Of a stretch of DNA of 17,601 nt, positions 1-8,817 are shown piece after piece. The notes below the pieces were generated by a model. The model was given only the letters and a program-made list of their open reading frames with translations. It did no database searches and had not been told where the DNA came from. The position numbers and the translations under genes are program-made. The DNA is taken from assembly GCA_024626585.2 (NCBI GenBank), contig JANKJI020000001.1, forward strand, positions 2,981,109 to 2,998,709, given 5' to 3'. This DNA comes from Ginkgo biloba (taxonomy: Eukaryota > Plantae > Ginkgophyta). Numbering within the stretch: position 1 is the first letter of the stretch; every line of letters starts with the position of its first letter.

Positions 1-37
1 ATAAATTATTCTTCTCTTCCTTCTCTACCTCATGTGG

Positions 38-400
38 TTTGAAAATTTCCATTTTAATCCAGATATCGTGGGCAAATCGGACGGTGGAAGCAAGACTATC
101 CGGCGGCCTATGAATCTGCACCGTCCGATTCACTCTCCGTTACCTGGGCCGTCCGATGTGGAGCAACAGACGATCTTAACCGTCCGGTGTATTGAATTCA
201 ATTTCAAAAGGCAGGAGGGAGACAACTGGGAATCTGTGAACATAATTCACATAACAATTCCAAAATTTCATTATTCAAAGTTGAAGCTATTCGTTCGTCT
301 ATTCAGACCTTCAATCCGCAAATATCCATCCATTTTTATCTTCATTATCATCCAAATGCAACACTCGATTTGTTCACCTTGATGTGTCCAATTTTCCCGG
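38..400 (+). promoter_or_regulatory. CpG-rich proximal promoter / 5' region with cell-cycle type motifs
   Basis: CCGTCCG(A/G)T at 76-84 (reverse), 121-129, 149-157 and 180-188. MSA/MYB core CCGTT at 137-141. CHR-like TTTGAA/TTCAAA at 38-43, 203-208 and 274-279. E2F-consensus TTTCCCGG at 393-400. Confidence 0.5.
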
Positions 401-483
401 GGTTTTTAGCTGCAGAGTGGTACGATTTACAAATATTTGGACCCGATCTTGAATAATAACAATTGGTTGGGCAAATTTTGGAT

Positions 484-603
484 GTAAGTTGGCTCGATTA
501 ATGGATTTCTGGGATCAATGATTTGTTCCTATGTACATTCAGATTTTTGTATTTTTTGTGGGAGATTCATTGTTTAATTACTTTTTTCTTGTATTGGATG
601 CAG
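484..603 (+). other. Probable 5' UTR intron (120 nt)
   Basis: Consensus donor GTAAGT at 484-489, U-rich body, and acceptor TGCAG ending at 603, 16 nt before the start ATG. Confidence 0.7.
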
Positions 604-619
604 TGCTGTATTGAGGGCT

Positions 620-801
620 ATGGTTCCTCAGCAAGGCGGGGAGTCGTCCGTTCAACAAGGGGATGTTCCCGCTAGAAAATTGGTCAGGCAGCTCGACTTT
701 ACATCAATATATGGGGGTGCTTCAGCTACAGCTACAGCTTCGGCCTCGGCCTCGGCTTCGGCTTCGTCAGAGCCCTCCTTGCGGCCCACACAGTCTGTTG
801 T
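620..801 (+). CDS. TCX5: TCX5/6-like CRC-domain protein, first coding exon (N-terminus with RKLVRQLDF motif and Ala/Ser-rich tract)
   Basis: ATG at 620 (GCTATGG context) just after an acceptor CAG at 601-603. Peptide MVPQQGGESSVQQGDVPARKLVRQLDFTSIYGG...; the RQLDF motif is typical of TCX5/6 N-termini. Donor GTATGT at 802, phase 2, compatible with the next exon. Confidence 0.85.
719..766 (+). repeat. Coding hexanucleotide repeat (GCYWCR)x8 encoding ASATATASASASASAS
   Basis: GCTTCA GCTACA GCTACA GCTTCG GCCTCG GCCTCG GCTTCG GCTTCG, read directly. Confidence 0.85.
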
Positions 802-1581
802 GTATGTTTCTTCTATTTCATGATATATTTCGCTCTTTTTTTCCCGTTAATTTTTACAAACAGAAAATCTTCAGGTTGAAATTGTATGTAAGGGTAAATT
901 AATTCCAAATGCCTGAAAATTTATTAGGTAGATGCTTTATGTTGTTAATGACATCTGTTCGCTTAAGAGTTATTTTCTCCTCGTAGTTCATTTTTTTTGT
1001 CAGAGTGCTGCGAATAATTTTAACATTACCTGATGTCATCAATGAATTATGGTGCCATACTTCCAAAATAATTTGAAAATAAATTACATATCTATCTCAT
1101 CTGGATTGTACACCATTACTAAAATAAAATAAGCTTTTGATATGTACCAAATATTTTCAAAATAAGGNNNNNNNNNNNNNNNNNNNNNNNNNNNNNNNNN
1201 NNNNNNNNNNNNNNNNNNNNNNNNNNNNNNNNNNNNNNNNNNNNNNNNNNNNNNNNNNNNNNNNNNNNNNNNNNNNNNNNNNNNNNNNNNNNNNNNNNNN
1301 NNNNNNNNNNNNNNNNNNNNNNNNNNNNNNNNNNNNNNNNNNNNNNNNNNNNNNNNNNNNNNNNNNNNNNNNNNNNNNNNNNNNNNNNNNNNNNNNNNNN
1401 NNNNNNNNNNNNNNNNNNNNNNNNNNNNNNNNNNNNNNNNNNNNNNNNNNNNNNNNNNNNNNNNNNNNNNNNNNNNNNNNNNNNNNNNNNNNNNNNNNNN
1501 NNNNNNNNNNNNNNNNNNNNNNNNNNNNNNNNNNNNNNNNNNNNNNNNNNNNNNNNNNNNNNNNNNNNNNNNNNNNNNNNN

Positions 1582-1731
1582 GCTTCAAGTTGGACACATG
1601 ATTGACACTTATGAAGCCAGACACATGCTTCTTATATAAATGCCGCCTCCATGGATGTAATGCACCCTCCTGCCGCCCCAACCAAAAAAAGAAAGCGCAC
1701 ACAAACAAAAGTAAAAAAAACACAAAAGAAA
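1582..1731 (+). mobile_element. Possible 3' end of a non-LTR retroposon (SINE/LINE) with A-rich tail
   Basis: A C-rich stretch (CCCTCCTGCCGCCCC) is followed by an A-rich tail of about 50 nt (1680-1731). The 5' part is lost in the 414-N gap and no TSD is identifiable. Confidence 0.25.
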
Positions 1732-2324
1732 CTCTGGAGTAGGCTTATGTAAATACCTTTTTTCAGCAATGCTACTATTTTTTGGTCTGATTTTAGTTAA
1801 GTGCATACCTGTTTATGTTTTAGCCTTGGTATTAATTTGTAACAATGGAATAGGTCTGATTGATGTTTATATCCTTTAGGAGAGGTTGTGCAAAATGAAT
1901 GCAGATGTGATGAAATCTATGTTTTCAGTGGTAAAATTAGTTGACACTCTGGATAATAATTTGTGTGCACGTCTGTGCAGATTCAATTTAAAATTAGAGG
2001 CATAAACTGTTTTTTGAAAAGTTATTGCTTTGGTTCAATTTAAGCATCAAATTCTCATACATTACATAAGATCGCATGGAATCCTACCTATGCACCAAAA
2101 GTGAACTATGCATTAGTTGTTAGCCATGACCATTCGTCACATTTATGATTTTACCCATTGATGCAGCTCATGCACTTGCACAATTTGTAAAAAGATCTGA
2201 TGTCTTCCAATTCCTGTACATAAATTATTGCACCACAAAGATGGCTTCTTGGCATCAAGTCAAACTGAATGCTGTCATGGAATTTCATGCTTAGGAAGTA
2301 GGAAGCAACGTTGATGTTCTTAAA

Positions 2325-2470
2325 GGGTAAGCCCAGTGATTAGAACAGACAACTCTTAGAAGCGACGATGCAAGGTTCAAACCCCAGCGATGATGCCATG
2401 TGTTCAAGTATTCAAAAGAGTAGTTTGTGTTGGCAGTAGTTGGATAAGCCTCGGCCATGGTAGTATTTTA
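2325..2470 (+). mobile_element. Degenerate tRNA-derived SINE-like element
   Basis: A-box-like TAAGCCCAGTGATTAG (2328-2343) and B-box GGTTCAAACCC (2374-2384) at tRNA-like spacing. No acceptor stem, so not a tRNA gene. The 3' end and TSD are uncertain. Confidence 0.4.
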
Positions 2471-2473
2471 ATG

Positions 2474-2816
2474 TGTGCCTTTCTAGTAGTGAAGGGTGTG
2501 TCATATCATATGTTAATAGTTAATGCTTCTATTGGAAAGTAGAAAGATGTAGGCAATGAATTTTAGGCAACCAGCAGGGCTTTGTGAGGAACTTAAGGTC
2601 TCAATGTAATCAGTTCTTTACAGTTCTTCAAGTTACTATGTGCCTTTCTAGTAGTGAAGGGTGTGCTGTATCATCTTTTATGTCAAAAACTAGTGTTTTT
2701 ATTGGCAAGGAGGAAGATGTAGGCAATGGATTTCAGGCTACCCGAAGAGCTTTGTGAGCACCTGAAGGGTCCGAATGTAATCAGTTCTTTACAATTCTGT
2801 GTCTTCAAGTTTCTAT
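2474..2816. repeat. Diverged tandem duplication, two copies, period about 165 bp
   Basis: TGTGCCTTTCTAGTAGTGAAGGGTGTG starts at both 2474 and 2639. Shared blocks AAGATGTAGGCAATG, GCTTTGTGAG and AATGTAATCAGTTCTTTACA. Confidence 0.9.
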
Positions 2817-3025
2817 ATTTGTGCTAATGCCTTAGTTGCAAGATATTGTTGATGGGTTTCATATCAGCGTTGTAGTTCTCTTCACTAATAGTCTTGTTTC
2901 CGACTAAAATGAGCAATCTACTTTAGGTCCCTTCCCAGCTCTTAGTACGCTCAATATTTGACCGTGTATATTAACTTTTTTTTGAGTATTTTACCTGAAT
3001 AATGTTTTTTTACGTATTCAAACAG

Positions 3026-3136
3026 AAAGCCAGAATCTCCTAGAGCATCAAGGCCGAGACCAGTATTTGATTCAAAGGAAGGCACTCCAAAGAAATCAAA
3101 ACAATGCAATTGCAAGAACTCACGCTGCTTGAAATT
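3026..3136 (+). CDS. TCX5: TCX5/6-like coding exon 2 (KPESPR...GTPKK and start of CRC domain 1)
   Basis: T-rich acceptor ending CAG at 3023-3025. Translation (V)[36 protein letters not shown](L). Donor GTAAGT at 3137. Confidence 0.95.
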
Positions 3137-4130
3137 GTAAGTTTTTCCATTTGTCTTGTTATTGATGACAAAAAGAAAGCATTTGTTTGGTATTNNNNNN
3201 NNNNNNNNNNNNNNNNNNNNNNNNNNNNNNNNNNNNNNNNNNNNNNNNNNNNNNNNNNNNNNNNNNNNNNNNNNNNNNNNNNNNNNNNNNNNNNTCATTA
3301 CATTAAAACCATGCTTCAACATGCACTTGCGTAGAAAAGGGGGTTGTGCTATCTATTTATTTGATTATTCATGGTAAAATTACTTCTTTCATTAGTATAT
3401 ATGAAGCACACCATGTATATATGTATTTAAGGTACTCCAAGGAATATCCCTGTACCTCGTGGCTTTTGGGTCGATCATAGGGGATATTTTTTCCCAAGAT
3501 TACACCAATTTATTTCTTTCTTCCTTCATAATTGAGGCATAACAAGTGGATCCAAATATTCTAAGATGTTGAATCCTTGGCCTTATTTCACTCCATGATT
3601 AATTAGGTTTCTTACCTTTAACAATTATTATAGGAGATATATTTTATAGGTACACTACTATAGTCATTACCTTAGCATAATACTTACCACCTAGATCATT
3701 TTGTTTAATCATTGATCTTTCCATTTAGTTCTTGGTCATAGTAAGTGAAAACCTTTGATAAATGCAATTTCAAACGGTTTTAGATTTTGAACTCTTGTTC
3801 TTTATGACTTGTAAAAGGCATTTGCTAAAGTATATACATTCTTCTTGAAACTGTATTTTCTCTCACCATATTCTTGTGTTCCTTGTGGCTCAGATGCACT
3901 TAACTTTTCTATATTGTGGATTTGGTGGCTAACGTCAGTATTATTGTACTGACAAACTTTTCATATGAGTTTTTTCTTAGAAAATAAAGATATTTGGCAA
4001 TCAAATATCCCACTGTTTTCTCTCTTTTTTGTGCTAGAAGCACTGCGGTGTTGTACAATTATTTCTGAATTCCAAGCAGCGATTGCTTCGAATATGGAAT
4101 TGACTTTCTTTCTTGTTTTCTGTGCACTAG

Positions 4131-4308
4131 GTATTGTGAATGCTTTGCATCTGGAACATACTGTGATGGGTGCAATTGTGTGAACTGTTGTAATAATGTT
4201 GAGAATGAAATTGTGAGACAAGAAGCTGTCGAGGCTACACTAGAGCGTAATCCAAATGCATTTCGACCTAAGATTGCAAGCAGCCCTAGTGCTCTCCGAG
4301 ATAACAGG
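4131..4308 (+). CDS. TCX5: TCX5/6-like coding exon 3 (rest of CRC domain 1 and [10 protein letters not shown] linker)
   Basis: Polypyrimidine acceptor ending TAG at 4128-4130. Translation (L)[59 protein letters not shown]. Donor AGG/GTACTA at 4309, phase 0. Confidence 0.96.
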
Positions 4309-7064
4309 GTACTACTTACTGCATAAAGCCTGCCAATTCTAACATAGTTATATTTCTTTTTTTATTTTTACTATATGGACTTCAAGGTCTTCTATCATGG
4401 TCTGAAATAATAGGCTTGAAATATGCAGGATGATTGCATGCATTTTCCATTCAATAATGTTTTATTACGTTTTAACTTGCTAGCCTTTACTCTTAGATTT
4501 AAAAAAAAAACATATTTCACATCATAAATGTAGATAATGACAACCTAGATAAGGCTATCATACATAATATTCTATAAAGTAAGCATAATTGCACATTAGA
4601 GTCAACATAAAATGTGTGGTATATTGAAATTCTTACCAATAAAAAAAATCTACAATGGTAAGGAAATATAGTGCAAGAATTAGTTAAAATGGGATACCTG
4701 ATGGAAGAAAAGTAGCACTTGAATAGGACAAGTGAAAGGAGAACAGGGCATATGAAGATGCATTAATCTACCAATCTTCTAAAGGAAACGTATATTCAGC
4801 TTTCTTTTTCAGATTTTCCCAGAATATTCATTTGCAGGCATTCCTGATTTTGCTGTAAAATAATGTTGACAGCCAAAAAGGATAGTCAAGCTCTTAAATG
4901 CTAGTGTTCTGGCTCTGTAATAGGACAAAGCAGAGCAGATTTTCCTTCTATGGTGTTTCTGAGAAGCACCATCTGCTGCTAGCCATTCATGCAACCATAC
5001 ATTGAAGTATAAAGTAAATATGTGTCAAAGTTTCGTGGAAATTAGTATTGCTAGGCAAATTGAATAGCTATTAGTCGTGTACTGATGGTTTAATGGACAC
5101 ATTTAGCCTATGATATTTCAACNNNNNNNNNNNNNNNNNNNNNNNNNNNNNNNNNNNNNNNNNNNNNNNNNNNNNNNNNNNNNNNNNNNNNNNNNNNNNN
5201 NNNNNNNNNNNNNNNNNNNNNNNNNNNNNNNNNNNNNNNNNNNNNNNNNNNNNNNNNNNNNNNNNNNNNNNNNNNNNNNNNNNNNNNNNNNNNNNNNNNN
5301 NNNNNNNNNNNNNNNNNNNNNNNNNNNNNNNNNNNNNNNNNNNNNNNNNNNNNNNNNNNNNNNNNNNNNNNNNNNNNNNNNNNNNNNNNNNNNNNNNNNN
5401 NNNNNNNNNNNNNNNNNNNNNNNNNNNNNNNNNNNNNNNNNNNNNNNNNNNNNNNNNNNNNNNNNNNNNNNNNNNNNNNNNNNNNNNNNNNNNNNNNNNN
5501 NNNNNNNNNNNNNNNNNNNNNNNNNNNNNNNNNNNNNNNNNNNNNNNNNNNNNNNNNNNNNNNNNNNNNNNNNNNNNNNNNNNNNNNNNNNNNNNNNNNN
5601 NNNNNNNNNNNNNNNNNNNNNNNNNNNNNNNNNNNNNNNNNNNNNNNNNNNNNNNNNNNNNNNNNNNNNNNNNNNNNNNNNNNNNNNNNNNNNNNNNNNN
5701 NNNNNNNNNNNNNNNNNNNNNNNNNNNNNNNNNNNNNNNNNNNNNNNNNNNNNNNNNNNNNNNNNNNNNNNNNNNNNNNNNNNNNNNNNNNNNNNNNNNN
5801 NNNNNNNNNNNNNNNNNNNNNNNNNNNNNNNNNNNNNNNNNNNNNNNNNNNNNNNNNNNNNNNNNNNNNNNNNNNNNNNNNNNNNNNNNNNNNNNNNNNN
5901 NNNNNNNNNNNNNNNNNNNNNNNNNNNNNNNNNNNNNNNNNNNNNNNNNNNNNNNNNNNNNNNNNNNNNNNNNNNNNNNNNNNNNNNNNNNNNNNNNNNN
6001 NNNNNNNNNNNNNTATCATTTGGAGTGATAGTTTGGTAGTGGAACCCATTTGGATCACTACAACAGCAGATTTAAGTATTGAATACTGTAAAGTCTATGC
6101 TATGAAAAGTTGTGTTTGACACTATTTCCTCTTAATTTCTGAAAACATGCAAGGATATGGCATGGAAGTTATCCTCCAGGACCATACCAATGGGAACCCC
6201 AAAATTCAAAATCTTGTGGTCAACTTCAAAGTATCACTTGTTGTCACCCTGTGGATTGTCCGATTCTTTTAATCACTGCCAACCCCTTTGTGTGCAATGG
6301 AACAAAATCTGGGTTTGTTCCAGTTCTGTAAGGAAACTAGAAAATTGGGAATTTTTCCCTTTAACTTGAAGATTTCTACAGCTTGAAGCCTGGCACCAGA
6401 TTTTGTCTTAAATAAGGACAACTCTACTGGTATAAGCTCAGATCATATCACCATGAGTTAAACTAATCTAGCCAGGTAATACAAAAGAAAAGTACAGATT
6501 TTCATCATAGTGATCATATGCCCCCATCTCCAAAGTTATTCGTTAGCAGTAAAGATGACAACTGCAATAAAGTTGTGAGATTCAAACAAGCTGATGTCTT
6601 ATCAGTATGGCTGTCACGATGAAAACAATACACTAGCTTCAGTAGCGAATGGACTTCCACAATATGCAAAAAGCTAACTGACCAGCTTTTTATTATGGCC
6701 AAGACTTACCCATTCGGCCCAAGGCCAGGGAACAGAGGCAAAAGATACAGTATTCCAAGATGACCATTTTGAGAGTTACAGTGATATTTACAACCAGACT
6801 CTTCCATGCATGCTTCTACTAAAAGCTTCTGGTTTCTCATAGAAGCTTCTATATAGATCCAAAGACGATTATGCCCAACCACTCCCAGCAAGGAAGGTTC
6901 TACAAGACAGAAGCACATGAAAAGTTGCACACCACTATTATTAGATGGCCTATAAGCCTTAGGCCATGTTAAGGCGGATAGTATGTCATTCACATGAAAT
7001 ACAGAATTAGGTTTGTTACGAGCCAATTCTGTTGGCATGCTTTGTCCTCCATGCATAATAAGGG

Positions 7065-7826
7065 AAATATTCAAACCTATAGAAGTAGCACTTCAAGGAC
7101 TGACTACGTCGATGCAGGAACTACAAAAAGATGTCCGCTCAGTGAAGGATGAGGTTCAGACAATCTCCACGGCCACAATCCACTNNNNNNNNNNNNNNNN
7201 NNNNNNNNNNNNNNNNNNNNNNNNNNNNNNNNNNNNNNNNNNNNNNNNNNNNNNNNNNNNNNNNNNNNNNNNNNNNNNNNNNNNNNNNNNNNNNNNNNNN
7301 NNNNNNNNNNNNNNNNNNNNNNNNNNNNNNNNNNNNNNNNNNNNNNNNNNNNNNNNNNNNNNNNNNNNNNNNNNNNNNNNNNNNNNNNNNNNNNNNNNNN
7401 NNNNNNNNNNNNNNNNNNNNNNNNNNNNNNNNNNNNNNNNNNNNNNNNNNNNNNNNNNNNNNNNNNNNNNNNNNNNNNNNNNNNNNNNNNNNNNNNNNNN
7501 NNNNNNNNNNNNNNNNNNNNNNNNNNNNNNNNNNNNNNNNNNNNNNNNNNNNNNNNNNNNNNNNNNNNNNNNNNNNNGAAGGCAGAATGCATCTTGAAAT
7601 TTCCCCACAGGAAAAGAAAGAGACAATAATCAACAAGAATACACCTCTATAGCCTAGAGTACACTAGACTGTCCTATATGCAGATCACAAAATTCCCAGA
7701 CGGCAGAAGTATAATGGAAATGCAAGAGATTTTTCTGAAGAATATGCTGATACAAGAGAAGGCCCTATGGGAGAAGGCTGTTTTCTGTTTCTTGCTACGA
7801 AGGAATCCCAGGGAATTGAACCACTG
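7065..7826 (+). mobile_element. Possible decayed LINE ORF1-like fragment, interrupted by a gap
   Basis: Coiled-coil-like peptide EIFKPIEVALQGLTTSMQELQKDVRSVKDEVQ. After the gap, KALWEKAVFCFLLRRNP is reminiscent of the start of the plant LINE ORF1 DUF4283 region. Weak recall-based similarity. Confidence 0.3.
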
Positions 7827-8676
7827 NNNNNNNNNNNNNNNNNNNNNNNNNNNNNNNNNNNNNNNNNNNNNNNNNNNNTTGTCAAGAAGTCAATCTTAAG
7901 GACGTACCTTTCTGAAGGAGACTGAGTGTGGAATTTTTGAGTCTGACAAATTTGTGGCTATAATGAGAGTGTGTAAATATAGGTTGCCAGCCAATGTCTG
8001 TTTCCTTTGGTAAATCTACTGAAATATAGAGAACACAAATTGGAATTGCAATAAACAAATTTTGAAAGGGCTTTACCTAAGACAGCTGTTATATACCTTT
8101 ACAGTTTGACAACATTTGAGTTTTGATTTTTCTCCCTCTCTTCCTCATATATCAGTCATGCTTTTTAAACAACTTTTCTAAGCCCTGACATTTATGTGGC
8201 TTGATTTCTTATGTGTGATCCATTATACCTTCTTGGGTTTGGAATCTATGTTGTTGGGCCTTAGAATTTTTTCCTAGTTTTCACAAGGGAAAATCAGACC
8301 CTTCAAGTATTACTTGTATCAGTTTTCCCCTGTGTGCTTCATATTTTGTCCCATTCCTGTGTAAGTTTTCTATGTGTAATGCAAAATATATCACGGAACA
8401 TTGCCACTTCCTTTGGCAATTGTTGATACTGTCCCCATTATTCCTAGAGATCCTCCCACGAATGCATGTGATGTGATATGATCCTTTCATGCTAGTAAGG
8501 TACTTGATTTTCAGAGTAAGGTCTTACAATATCTTCTTCATAAACTGATTTTTGCTGAGTTATTCGGTGGGTAGAACTCATTGTATCCATTGATTTGCAC
8601 GATTCTTTAAAGTAGAAGATCACCCCTGAAAAGATTTTCAATTAATTCAAACATTTAAGAAAAATGAGAGCATGTG

Positions 8677-8811
8677 TTTATAAAATCGTTTGACAACTTG
8701 AACCCTGGTTGTCCCTCTTAGAACTTGGAGGTAATCACAATCACATTTATAAAATACTTCGACAACTTGAACCAATGTAAGCCCTCATAAGACTTGGAAG
8801 AAATCAAATTT
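8677..8811. repeat. Diverged tandem repeat, two copies, period 69 bp
   Basis: TTTATAAAAT..GACAACTTGAACC..CCCTC..ACTTGGA..AATCA starts at 8677 and at 8746. Confidence 0.8.
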
Positions 8812-8817
8812 ACTCTT

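Larger units (their letters stand above)
620..4308 (+). other. TCX5: Partial gene span (3 coding exons, 3' part missing): tesmin/TSO1-like CXC (CRC-domain, CPP family) transcription factor, TCX5/TCX6-like, LIN54 homologue of the DREAM complex
   Basis: Spliced join(620..801,3026..3136,4131..4308) is in frame with canonical GT..AG introns (phase 2, phase 2). It gives MVPQQ...RKLVRQLDFTS...SVVKPESPR...[71 protein letters not shown]..., matching the CRC1 domain and linker of plant TCX5/6-type proteins. Exact orthology (TCX5 vs TCX6/7) cannot be resolved. Confidence 0.93.

Noticed and set aside
32-382. 116-aa + strand ORF upstream of the gene
   Set aside because: No recognisable motif, and it overlaps promoter motifs. 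Only its last ATG is considered, as a uORF.
1907-1990. C-box-like GTGATGA (possible C/D snoRNA)
   Set aside because: No D box (CTGA) or terminal stem at a suitable distance.
2325-2395. tRNA gene
   Set aside because: A/B boxes are present but there is no acceptor stem or credible anticodon arm. Treated as SINE-like.
3961-4221. ORFs 3961..4221 (-), 3965..4183 (+) and 3104..3334 (+)
   Set aside because: Shadow frames of the real TCX exons.
5108-6058. Long ORFs of 309-316 aa, and similar ones at 1137-1723 and 7104-7652
   Set aside because: Artefacts of translating through N runs.
6014-7074. Coding-like composition and a 122-aa minus-strand ORF (6706..7074)
   Set aside because: No recognisable domain in the frames I read. 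Probably decayed TE sequence but cannot be assigned.
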